A DNA stretch of 64,000 nucleotides from positions 23,916-87,915 of the forward strand of contig JAZQUS010000102.1 of assembly GCA_045631445.1 (NCBI GenBank). Direction: 5' to 3'. A program made the position numbers and the translations under genes. Shown piece after piece: positions 27,979-36,744 of this stretch. The stretch is from Eubacteriales bacterium. Lineage in GTDB: Bacteria; Bacillota; Clostridia; Oscillospirales; CAG-272. The stretch's first letter is position 1. Each line of letters begins with the position of its first letter. Under the pieces are notes generated by a model, which saw only the letters and a list, made by a program, of their open reading frames with translations, ran no database searches and was not told where the DNA came from.

Positions 27979-28887
27979 TTAAAGAATTTCAATCTGATCG
28001 TCATCCTTTTGCTCTTTAGCAATCATAAAGTCAATAGCGGGTTGCTCAAGATACTTTTGCTCGGATTTGATTTTTTCATTAAGAGCAATATTATCAATAA
28101 TCTGTTTAAGATATTTTGTCATAGCGCTCTTTGCTGTATAATCGGCGGGCGCATAGAAGGTAAGTCTGCCGTCAAGAAGGAGCTTATAAACCTTTTCTCT
28201 ATTGTCTTTTATAGGGTCAAATACACCAATGGTGTAGCCACCGCGTTCCTTTACAAGATGCATGCAAGGAATATCTGTTGCAGAGTCACCGATGTAAACC
28301 ATATTAGAAAAGGGGATTCTGCGCTCGTGGGTAGGAACGCTATCATTAACTCTCTCGTCGTGTTCCTCAAGGAAGCCCTTTGAAATACGGAAAAGATACT
28401 GTGTCTTATTGGTATAGTTTACTGCCTGCGCAGGCCAAACCGCAACGTCATCGGCATTATAAAGATATGAAGAAGCATAAATCTTTTTAAACTCATCTGC
28501 AATCTCACTACCTTCAATAATTTCACGAAGACCTGAAGAAATAACGTAATGCTCAACCTCAATTCCTTGTGACTCGGCATATTGATTAATGCGATTAAAC
28601 CAAGTTTTAACACCTTCATATAACTTAACTTCTTTACCGCTTTGAATGAAATACTCACGCTTCAACGATTTACCCTTAAACTGTGAATATTTGATAAGCT
28701 CATACATCCAAGCAAGATTCATTTCCATGCGGTTGTCTTTTGCAAGCTCATCGGACTCATGCCAAAATTGACCTACATTTACACCAAAAGAAGGGATAAG
28801 CGTGAAAGTCTGCATATCGTCGGGAGAGAGTGTTTTGTCAAAGTCGTAGCATATCGCCATAATTGGCTTTTTCTTAGAATTACTCAA
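27979..28887 (-). CDS. HAD-superfamily hydrolase (subfamily IB-like)
   Basis: Motif I ICYDFDKTL, motif II VISSG, motif IV VYIGDSATDIPC. Confidence 0.65.
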   Translation of the reverse strand: MSNSKKKPIMAICYDFDKTLSPDDMQTFTLIPSFGVNVGQFWHESDELAKDNRMEMNLAWMYELIKYSQFKGKSLKREYFIQSGKEVKLYEGVKTWFNRINQYAESQGIEVEHYVISSGLREIIEGSEIADEFKKIYASSYLYNADDVAVWPAQAVNYTNKTQYLFRISKGFLEEHDERVNDSVPTHERRIPFSNMVYIGDSATDIPCMHLVKERGGYTIGVFDPIKDNREKVYKLLLDGRLTFYAPADYTAKSAMTKYLKQIIDNIALNEKIKSEQKYLEQPAIDFMIAKEQKDDDQIEIL

Positions 28888-29009
28888 GGATTCGTCCTCC
28901 TAAAATAAAATTTACATATTTAACCAATTAATTATAACCTATAAAAACCAATTTTTCAAGTACTTTCATAAAAAATCTTTATTTTCTTGCAAATAATTTA
29001 AAAAAACAT

Positions 29010-29038
29010 TTGCAAATTTGATAAATTTATAGTATAAT
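29010..29038 (+). promoter_or_regulatory. sigma-A-type promoter candidate (TTGCAA-N17-TATAAT) for the DHH-DHH-surE operon
   Basis: TTGCAA at 29010-29015 and TATAAT at 29033-29038, ~30 nt upstream of the ATG at 29069. Confidence 0.55.
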
Positions 29039-29068
29039 AATATGATAAAGTAAGAAAGGATAAATAAT

Positions 29069-30001
29069 ATGTTTAAAAAGGTAATAGAAGCAATCGAAAA
29101 ATATGATAGGATTATTATTCATAGACATTCAAATCCCGACGGTGATGCAATAGGATCACAAGTCGGACTCAAAAATATACTTAAAGAGAACTATCCCGAA
29201 AAGGAAATCTATACAGTAGGTGATGCTTCAAAGCGTTACGGATTTATTGAGGATTCTGCAACAGACACAATTCCCGATGAATATTATAAGGGTGCACTTG
29301 CATTTGTTCTTGACACAAGCGCAAAATTCCTCATTTCCGATGAAAGATACACCCTTGCAGATACTGTAATCAAAATGGATCATCACATTTTCACAGAAGA
29401 ATTTGCCGACATTGAGGTAATTGATACTTCTTTTGAATCCTGCTGTGGACTTATCGGTATGTTTGCAATGAAAACAGGTTTGAAGCTCAATCAAATAGCT
29501 GCTAAAGCTCTTTACACAGGTATGATTACCGATTCAGGACGCTTTAGATATGATTCAACAACTTCGCAAACATTTAACGTTGCATCTTTCCTTATGGAAC
29601 AAAAATTCAATACAAATGATATTTTCTCCAATCTCTATGCAGACGAACTCCAATCAGTTCAGTTAAGAGCGAAATTTGTGTTAAAAATTACAAAAACTGA
29701 TGCACCTGTATCGTATATTTACACAACTCTTGATGAAGCCAAGAGCTATAATGCAGATATTTTTACAATTTCTCGTGGCATGGTTAATACCATGAGTGAC
29801 ATTAAGGGAATAGACATTTGGGTTAATTTTACCGAAACTGAGAACGGTGTTCTTTGTGAACTTCGTTCAAGCAAATACAATATCAATCTCGTTGCGGTTA
29901 AATACGGTGGCGGCGGTCACCAAAAGGCAAGCGGTGCAACAGTTAAGGACAGAGCAGAAGCAATGTCAATGCTTGAAGACCTCATAGCACTCACAAAATA
30001 A
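29069..30001 (+). CDS. DHH/DHHA1 phosphoesterase (NrnA-like nanoRNase / pAp phosphatase), copy 1
   Basis: HRHSNPDGDAIGS, DTS, MDHH and GGGGHQKASGA (DHHA1) motifs. 310 aa. Confidence 0.8.
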   Translation: MFKKVIEAIEKYDRIIIHRHSNPDGDAIGSQVGLKNILKENYPEKEIYTVGDASKRYGFIEDSATDTIPDEYYKGALAFVLDTSAKFLISDERYTLADTVIKMDHHIFTEEFADIEVIDTSFESCCGLIGMFAMKTGLKLNQIAAKALYTGMITDSGRFRYDSTTSQTFNVASFLMEQKFNTNDIFSNLYADELQSVQLRAKFVLKITKTDAPVSYIYTTLDEAKSYNADIFTISRGMVNTMSDIKGIDIWVNFTETENGVLCELRSSKYNINLVAVKYGGGGHQKASGATVKDRAEAMSMLEDLIALTK

Positions 30002-30015
30002 GAAAGGAAGAGAAT

Positions 30016-30999
30016 ATGACAAATTACGAAGCAAAAAAGCAAATACTTGATAAAATTAAAGAATATAATAAAATCATCATTTTCCGTCATTGGAGACCTG
30101 ATGGAGATGCAATGGGTTCATCCAAGGGCTTGCGCGAAATTTTGCGCTTAACATACCCTGAAAAAGAGATTTTGTTGCTTAATTCCGATTATTCAAATTA
30201 TCTTGAATTCCTTGGCGGAGAAGACGAGCCAGTTGCGGATGAATACTATGCAGATGCGCTTGGTATAGTGCTTGATACGGGAACAGAAGATAGAATTTCA
30301 AATAAAAAATACTCACTTTGTAAAGAAATCGTTAAAATCGACCATCATATTGTTGATGAACACTATGGTGATTATCATTGGGTAATTGAGGAAAAATCAT
30401 CGACCTGCGAAATGATTGCAGAATTTTACGATACCTTCAAAGATGAGCTTAAAATAAGCAAAGAAGCTGCAACATATATTTATTGTGGTATGGTAACCGA
30501 TAGCGGACGTTTCCGTTTCCGCGATGTTTCAGGTGATACACTTCGTTATGCAGGACTTATGCTAGACCAAGGTATTGACACCGATGTGCTTTACGCAAAT
30601 CTCTATCTCAAGGAATTCAACGAATTCAAATTTGAATCCTACGCACACGAAAAGATGGAAATCACAGAGAATGGCCTTGTTTATCTTTACGTTGATAAAG
30701 AAATGCAAGAAAAGTTTGCCCTTACAAATGAGCAGGCCTCTGCTTCCGTAAGTTTTATGGATTCTATCAAGGGCTCAATCATATGGATTGCATTCATCGA
30801 CAATGCAGACGGCTCAATCCGTGTAAGACTTCGTTCACGTTTCGTACACGTTAATCCTCTTGCGGAGAAATATCGTGGTGGAGGACATGCGTGTGCTTGT
30901 GGTGCAACAGTTTATTCAAAGGAAGAAATGGCTCAGTTTATAGCGGATGCAGATGCTCTCATTAAAGAATATAAAGAGAATAATGAGGGATGGTTATGA
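30016..30999 (+). CDS. DHH/DHHA1 phosphoesterase (NrnA-like), copy 2
   Basis: FRHWRPDGDAMGS, LDTG, IDHH and RGGGHACACGA motifs. 327 aa. A diverged paralogue of the upstream gene. Confidence 0.8.
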   Translation: MTNYEAKKQILDKIKEYNKIIIFRHWRPDGDAMGSSKGLREILRLTYPEKEILLLNSDYSNYLEFLGGEDEPVADEYYADALGIVLDTGTEDRISNKKYSLCKEIVKIDHHIVDEHYGDYHWVIEEKSSTCEMIAEFYDTFKDELKISKEAATYIYCGMVTDSGRFRFRDVSGDTLRYAGLMLDQGIDTDVLYANLYLKEFNEFKFESYAHEKMEITENGLVYLYVDKEMQEKFALTNEQASASVSFMDSIKGSIIWIAFIDNADGSIRVRLRSRFVHVNPLAEKYRGGGHACACGATVYSKEEMAQFIADADALIKEYKENNEGWL

Positions 31000-31721
31000 G
31001 ATTTCTTATAGTTAATGATGACGGTATTAACGCAGATGGTATTAAGCTCCTTGCAAAATGGGCAATGCAATATGGTGAAGTAACAGTAGTTGCTCCCAAA
31101 TTTGAGCAAAGCGGAAAAAGTCATGCAATCGACTTTATCAATCCTATAGAAATCAAGCGAGTTGATTTTATGGAAGGTGTTGAAGCATGGTCTATGGCAT
31201 CAACTCCTGCAGACTGTGTGCGTTTTGGAATTTTTGGTCTTCATAAGCAATATGATGTAGTGCTTTCGGGTATCAATCGTGGCACAAATATGAGCGGTGA
31301 CATCATATATTCAGGAACAATGGGCGCAATTTTTGAAGCAGGAAACCAACACCACAAGGGAATTGCATTCTCAACCACTCCCGAAAATCTTGAAGGTGCT
31401 GCAAAATATTTGGATATGGCTTATAACTATATCCTTAATAATAATCTTTTTGACTATTCTGACCTCTATAACGTAAACATTCCCGAAGACGTAAAGGGAA
31501 TTAAGATAACAAAACAGGGGGACGGCTTCTTTTCGGATGCATTTTATCAGGTTGATGAGGTTACTTACACCCAATACGGTAAAATGATAGCAGATACCTG
31601 TCCTGAAGATAAAACACGCGATAGCGTTGCCTTCGGTGAAGGATATATATCAGTAACTCCAATGACAAAAGAGAGAACTGATTTACCAGCATTTGAAAAA
31701 CTTAAAAATTTACTAAAATAA
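30990..31721 (+). CDS. surE: 5'/3'-nucleotidase SurE
   Basis: MRFLIVNDDGINADGI N-terminal motif, SGINRG.N.G and YSGTMGAI. Overlaps the upstream gene by 10 nt. Confidence 0.85.
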   Translation: MVMRFLIVNDDGINADGIKLLAKWAMQYGEVTVVAPKFEQSGKSHAIDFINPIEIKRVDFMEGVEAWSMASTPADCVRFGIFGLHKQYDVVLSGINRGTNMSGDIIYSGTMGAIFEAGNQHHKGIAFSTTPENLEGAAKYLDMAYNYILNNNLFDYSDLYNVNIPEDVKGIKITKQGDGFFSDAFYQVDEVTYTQYGKMIADTCPEDKTRDSVAFGEGYISVTPMTKERTDLPAFEKLKNLLK

Positions 31722-31727
31722 GATAAA

Positions 31728-31754
31728 GTGGCAGGAAATTTTCCTGCCACTTTT
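31728..31754 (+). terminator. Intrinsic terminator after surE
   Basis: GTGGCAGGAAA / TTTCCTGCCAC inverted repeat followed by TTTT. Confidence 0.8.
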
Positions 31755-31761
31755 CATAATA

Positions 31762-31792
31762 TAAAAAGTTCCCCTCGCTATTTAGCGAGGGG
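31762..31792 (-). terminator. Intrinsic terminator after the 763-aa lipoprotein gene
   Basis: CCCCTCGCT (31771-31779) pairs with AGCGAGGGG (31784-31792). On the minus strand it is followed by ACTTTTTAT. Confidence 0.7.
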
Positions 31793-31815
31793 ATTGTATT
31801 AGAATAATAAATCAA

Positions 31816-34107
31816 TTATTCAGCAACGTAAACAGTAATGGAGTTCATACGAACCTGACCACCAGTAAGAGAAGGAATTTCAAAGCTATCAACTGCTTCA
31901 GCAAATGTAACAGTAACTACACTACCATTAACAGAAACTGTAGTGCCTGCAGGAAGAGAACTATTAAATGCTGTAGCATAAGAAGTAGAGTTGCATGTAA
32001 ATTCAATCTTCAACATACCTGTAGCGGCTACGATAAGCTGTGAGCTCTTATAGAAACGAGCAGGGTTAGAATAATCAGCTACATTAGATGTACTTGCACC
32101 CTTATTGTTTGTAACAGTAATACCATTAGCAGCCCAAATCTGCTGAGAAGATGTGAATGTTGTTCTATTAGCTTTATCGGAAAAGCTAAGTGTACCAAGA
32201 AGCTTCATTGAAGCCGTAGAAGCACCACATACAGAGCAAAGACCGTCAACAAATGTATGGTTACCAGTTGCCTTGTCAGCACCAGCTGCGCCACAAACTA
32301 CACAAGTAGAATCTTTACCACATGTTGCTGCATTCCAAGAAGAGCAAACGTGAGGAACATTAATAGTTACAGTAGAAGAGCCTTGAGCAATCTGTGCAAC
32401 CTTGTTATAAATTGTAACCTTACCTTCAACTGTTACAACGTCACCGATATTAACCTTAGTTGTTGTTCTAAATACAAGAACCTTGTTGCCATTTTCATCA
32501 ACAATGTAAGGAGAGCAGTTGTTGTAAGAGCTCCATTCTTCATAGAAGCTATGAACAGTACCTGTGAACTTAACAACTGTACCTTCAGCAGAAGCAAGAA
32601 CTTCAGGAATTGTCATCATGCCGTCTTCAACGTCACCACCTTCAGAAGGAGGAACGTAGTTGGGATCCTGTTCGCCACAAGCACAAACACCGTTAACGAA
32701 TGTATGTGTATGTGTTTCTTCGCCGCCCTGAGAAGGAGGAATAACTTCGCCATCAGCAGCTTCGATTCTTGCGGGATACTGTGTACCGGAAGCGATCTGA
32801 TCTCTGTAATATACACCGGACAAGCTTACTGTTGAGTAAGAACCGTATGTACCTGCAAAGAATGTATCAGATTTGCCTTCGATTTCACCGTATACTTCAA
32901 GAATACCGTATGTTGTGTTGTATGTCCATACGCAAGTAGCTGTTTCGCCAAGTACGAAATGGCAGCCTGCATAACCATTGGACTTAAGGTATGCTTCAGC
33001 ATTGATATATGTCTTTGTTTCGCCATTCATGAAGAAGATGTGGTAGCCACCGGAAACTGCTTCAAAGTAAATCTTTACAGAAGCAGTAGCATCAGTAGTT
33101 GTTGCAAGATATGTGCCTTTTTCTGCATCCATAGTGCCGGCGAAGTAAACCTTACCTGTAGGAAGTTCCATGTAGATGTCATAAGGCTGACCAGCTACGG
33201 GAGCAGTATATGCAGGTGTTGTACCACCCTGGTTGCCACCTTCGTTGCCGCCGTTACCGCTGTTACCTCCTTCTACCTTGCCTGTGAAAACCTGAATCTG
33301 TTTAATACGAACCTGAGAAGAAAGAGCTGTTGACTGGAATACATCGGTAGCCGCATCAAATATAATAGTAAGAACGTCGTTATCACGAGTGATCGTTGCA
33401 CCTGCAACCGTCATACCGTCGAAACCGGCCATATATGACTTGCCATCAGATGTAGTATAGTCGTCAAAAGTAATAACAATCTTTGTCATACCGGGATATT
33501 CAATCTTAATTGTAGAACCCTTGTATGCTCTCTGTGCATACTTTTCCTGAACTGTAAGGGCAGTTGTAGAGGATGCCTTATCGTTGGTAAAAGTAATACC
33601 GTTAGCAGCAAATACGTTTTGTTCACCTGAACCGCTAACAAGGTTAGCGTTACCTGTCAAATCAAGAATGAGATCTGCAGAAACACCGGGAGCAACGAGA
33701 TTGTATTCAACAGTTTTTGTGGTTTTTCCATCGGGAGCTGTAATTGTTGCAATAAGCTTATAAGCAACATCAGCTGCAAGATCGGAGGGAACCTTTACAG
33801 TAGCTGCAATTTCATTTGTATAACCAACTTCAGTACCCTCGAAATCAACAACGGTTACAACGTCGCTATTTGTTTTCCAAGAAATAGCATACTTACCATC
33901 TCTAGTGGATAATACTCTAACAACAGTAAAGCTGTTAGGAGTAGTGGGTGTGGGATTGCTAGTTGTAGGAAGAAGATTCTTATAATAAGCATTAAGAAAT
34001 TCTGCTGCTGCATCAATATCATAATTAGTAGTATCCTTTTCACCACAAGCCACAAGCATGCTAAGTGAAAGAATCAAGATGAGCAATATAGATAATATTT
34101 TTTTCAT
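31816..34107 (-). CDS. Large multidomain surface lipoprotein (Ig-like N-domain, two copies of an AANGIT(F/V)TN module, shared YFAG...FMNG module, OB-fold, Cys motifs)
   Basis: Lipobox MLVAC. OB-fold-like segment VVKFTGTVHS...IGDVVTVEGKVTIYNKVAQI (residues ~497-583). Two H.F(V)(N/D)G.C..CG motifs. Paralogous to the upstream 825-aa gene in its N-terminal and central modules. Confidence 0.7.
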   Translation of the reverse strand: MKKILSILLILILSLSMLVACGEKDTTNYDIDAAAEFLNAYYKNLLPTTSNPTPTTPNSFTVVRVLSTRDGKYAISWKTNSDVVTVVDFEGTEVGYTNEIAATVKVPSDLAADVAYKLIATITAPDGKTTKTVEYNLVAPGVSADLILDLTGNANLVSGSGEQNVFAANGITFTNDKASSTTALTVQEKYAQRAYKGSTIKIEYPGMTKIVITFDDYTTSDGKSYMAGFDGMTVAGATITRDNDVLTIIFDAATDVFQSTALSSQVRIKQIQVFTGKVEGGNSGNGGNEGGNQGGTTPAYTAPVAGQPYDIYMELPTGKVYFAGTMDAEKGTYLATTTDATASVKIYFEAVSGGYHIFFMNGETKTYINAEAYLKSNGYAGCHFVLGETATCVWTYNTTYGILEVYGEIEGKSDTFFAGTYGSYSTVSLSGVYYRDQIASGTQYPARIEAADGEVIPPSQGGEETHTHTFVNGVCACGEQDPNYVPPSEGGDVEDGMMTIPEVLASAEGTVVKFTGTVHSFYEEWSSYNNCSPYIVDENGNKVLVFRTTTKVNIGDVVTVEGKVTIYNKVAQIAQGSSTVTINVPHVCSSWNAATCGKDSTCVVCGAAGADKATGNHTFVDGLCSVCGASTASMKLLGTLSFSDKANRTTFTSSQQIWAANGITVTNNKGASTSNVADYSNPARFYKSSQLIVAATGMLKIEFTCNSTSYATAFNSSLPAGTTVSVNGSVVTVTFAEAVDSFEIPSLTGGQVRMNSITVYVAE

Positions 34108-34145
34108 TATTAAACCTCTAATAGATATTTAATTTTTTCACTAAT

Positions 34146-34170
34146 ATCCCCTCGCAAAAGGCGAGGGGAT
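34146..34170. other. Intergenic GC-rich hairpin sharing its stem sequence with the 31771 hairpin
   Basis: ATCCCCTCGC (34146-34155), loop AAAAG, GCGAGGGGAT (34161-34170). No U-run on either strand. It lies between the two large lipoprotein genes. Confidence 0.5.
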
Positions 34171-34219
34171 AAGATTATTATTCATTCAATATACAGAATG
34201 ATTTGAATCAATTGCTACA

Positions 34220-36676
34220 TTAATCTGCGCTACCCTCAACATAAAAATGTACAGGATAGGAAGAAGATATTTTAGTGAGATTGCTGCAGCTAAGTGTTTC
34301 ATAAGTACCGTATGTACCAATATAGTAAGAATTCGAGCCTACAGTGAGAACAAGTGTATTGTACTCAGCGTTCCAAGTATAAACCTCAGTAGGAGCAGTT
34401 GTTGTAAATTCCATAGAACCCTTACCTTCATCAGCGCTTCTCTCATAAGCTCTAATGTATGTCTTAGTGTCACCGTTCATAAAGTAGAGATGATAACCAC
34501 CATCAACTGCTTCAAGGTAAACCTTAACGGAAGCTGTTGCATCAGTTGTTGTAGCAAAGTACCAAGGTGTAGAATCGGAGCTTACTTTACCTGCAAAGTA
34601 GAGGAACTTAGAAACGCCTTCCTGATTGAGAGCAAAATGGTAAGCAACACCTACTTCGGGAGTAGTAACCATAACAACTTCTGTTGTATCACCAGTATTA
34701 TCATCACCAGTATTGTCATCACCAGTATTATCGTCGGATTTAGCAACTGTATGAGCAACAAGAGTAGCATTCTTTGCCTGAGGAGTGCCCTTATAAGCAC
34801 CGAGTGTTGTAAGAACTGTGATTGTGTCACCAACAGCGGGCTTTGTTTCCATAGCATCGTATCTGTTGCCAAGCTGATCATAGAGACCGTAAACATAGAG
34901 CGTATTACCGTCAGCATCCTTAATGTAAAGGTTACCATATTGAGTATTAGCAACTTCAGTAACTTCACCAGTTACAAGGTACTTATCAGCTGTGTAGTTG
35001 GGATTGCTTGTACCAAGCTCATTAGCATCAGGAATAGATGTAGGAGATGTCCAAGAAAGAATCCAAGCGTTCTTTGTCTGAGCTGTGCCGCTATACTGAC
35101 CAAGAATACCAAGAAGAACTACGTAATCACCAACAACGGGCTTAGATTCCATTGCATCATATCTTGTAGAACCGTCAGCAGAATATGAACCATAAACAGT
35201 AAGAACGTTGCCGTGCTCGTCAGTAATCTTCATGTTACCATATTGTGTGTTATAAACTTCAGTGATAACACCAGCGATAAGGTACTTGCCTTCTGTGTAT
35301 GTGTTGTGTTCCTTAGCAGCACCGATTTCAATTGCTTGACCTGCTGTAAGGGGAGTCTTATTAAGAGTAACTTCAATTTCCTTTGTTTCTGTTACATCGC
35401 CACAAGTGATTGTAGCAGTAAGCTTAACAACTGTCTTTGTATCAGGAACTGTGATTGTAGCTGTTCCATCTTCAGCAATAACGATTGCTGCATTGTCGGA
35501 TACCCAAGAAATAGAAACTTCAGGGTAGTTTGCTCCTACGAGAGGAAGATTAATTACTGCATCAGCAGAGAAGCTTGTGCTTACCTTAATGTTATCCTTT
35601 TCAGAAGCAACCTTTTCAGCATCTGTATATGTAACCGCTTCATAGTTTGTGAAAGGAGTTACGCTCATAGGAATGAGGTAGGGAGCACCACTATAAAGAA
35701 TAAGGATACCTGTAACGTCTGCCTTGTAACCGAAGTGTGCAAGGTGATCAGCATCAATAGCTGCCTTATCATCAGCTGTGAGCATACCAGCGGGGAAGTC
35801 AGTAACGTATGTTCTTACATAACCCTGCTGTTCGCCGATTGAGAAGTAGAGGTACTGAGATGTTTCAGCCGCCAAATCCTGAGAACCAACTGTAACACCC
35901 TTGATAGTAACTGCCAAACCAACATAAGCACCAAGATTTGCACCTGCTGTGAACTGTTCAGTAATATCAACAAGATCAACTGTCTTGATTGTTTCGTCAA
36001 GAATAATTGCTTCACCACCGAAGATTTCCTGCATACCGCTGTAAGGTGACATTTCACCAACTACCATTACAGTCATACCAACTTTAATACCAAGAGTAGC
36101 AGGGTCTTCAACAAGCTTGTAGCAGTAGTAACCGCCCTTACCCTCAAGGTCAGCAAGGAACAAGTGGTTGTACTTATTGCCTGCAGAAGTAGAGTTAATT
36201 GCAACAACTACGCCGGCAACCTGGAGCTTGTCGCCCTTTGCAGCAGCCATATACTCTTCGTGAGTATTAAGCTCGAGCTTAGGAACTACGAGTGCAAAAT
36301 CGTGAGCTTTAGAATCGCCGTTAGGAGCAGTTACAGTAGCAGTAAGTGTGTAAGGAACTGCTTCTGCGCCCATTGTGGGAAGGTCAAGATTGTAAGAACC
36401 GTCAGCGTTCTTTGTAACAACAACGCTTTCAGTATTAGAAGCCCAATCAACAGTATAGGGCTCCATCTGATACATTATCTGACCAACGAGTGTTGTGTCT
36501 GCAGATGTAGTATTATCTGTCAACCAACCCTTGTACTGTACTTTTACAAGGTAATCAACAGCACCGTTAATGTTATAAGTAACGGGAGCAGTAGTAGTTT
36601 TATCATTATTGTCGCAAGCGATAAACGCCATAGTGCAAACAATCAAGATAAGAATTAAACTTAAAAATCTTTTCAT
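34220..36676 (-). CDS. Large multi-OB-fold surface lipoprotein
   Basis: MKRFLSLILILIVCTMAFIAC lipoprotein signal from the ATG at 36676; the ORF track starts at a GTG at 36697. Two tandem ~97-aa OB-fold-like repeats (GKYLIAGVITEVYNTQYGNMKITDEHGN... and DKYLVTGEVTEVANTQYGNLYIKDADGN...). A further OB-like segment at residues ~155-235. The C-terminal module is shared with the downstream gene. Confidence 0.7.
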   Translation of the reverse strand: MKRFLSLILILIVCTMAFIACDNNDKTTTAPVTYNINGAVDYLVKVQYKGWLTDNTTSADTTLVGQIMYQMEPYTVDWASNTESVVVTKNADGSYNLDLPTMGAEAVPYTLTATVTAPNGDSKAHDFALVVPKLELNTHEEYMAAAKGDKLQVAGVVVAINSTSAGNKYNHLFLADLEGKGGYYCYKLVEDPATLGIKVGMTVMVVGEMSPYSGMQEIFGGEAIILDETIKTVDLVDITEQFTAGANLGAYVGLAVTIKGVTVGSQDLAAETSQYLYFSIGEQQGYVRTYVTDFPAGMLTADDKAAIDADHLAHFGYKADVTGILILYSGAPYLIPMSVTPFTNYEAVTYTDAEKVASEKDNIKVSTSFSADAVINLPLVGANYPEVSISWVSDNAAIVIAEDGTATITVPDTKTVVKLTATITCGDVTETKEIEVTLNKTPLTAGQAIEIGAAKEHNTYTEGKYLIAGVITEVYNTQYGNMKITDEHGNVLTVYGSYSADGSTRYDAMESKPVVGDYVVLLGILGQYSGTAQTKNAWILSWTSPTSIPDANELGTSNPNYTADKYLVTGEVTEVANTQYGNLYIKDADGNTLYVYGLYDQLGNRYDAMETKPAVGDTITVLTTLGAYKGTPQAKNATLVAHTVAKSDDNTGDDNTGDDNTGDTTEVVMVTTPEVGVAYHFALNQEGVSKFLYFAGKVSSDSTPWYFATTTDATASVKVYLEAVDGGYHLYFMNGDTKTYIRAYERSADEGKGSMEFTTTAPTEVYTWNAEYNTLVLTVGSNSYYIGTYGTYETLSCSNLTKISSSYPVHFYVEGSAD
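34688..34732 (-). repeat. 3 x 15-nt in-frame tandem repeat encoding (DDNTG)3 linker
   Basis: The plus strand reads atcaccagtattatc / atcaccagtattgtc / atcaccagtattatc. It translates on the minus strand as DDNTGDDNTGDDNTG. Confidence 0.9.
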
Positions 36677-36744
36677 AATAATTTTTCCTTTCGCCACGAA
36701 TTTGTGGCATGATTTTTAAAAATTGTTTGAATTTTAAGTGAATA

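Noticed and set aside
34247-36658. Long plus-strand ORFs (313, 209 and 164 aa) antisense to the 825-aa lipoprotein gene. Similar ones lie at 32257-32835 and 32959-33333, antisense to the 763-aa gene.
   Set aside because: They lie entirely antisense to genes with strong support (lipoprotein signals, repeated domains, paralogy). Their translations are Cys/Ser/Asn/Ile-rich low-complexity strings without RBSs. The open frames are explained by the Thr/Ala/Gly/Val-rich codon composition of the sense strand.
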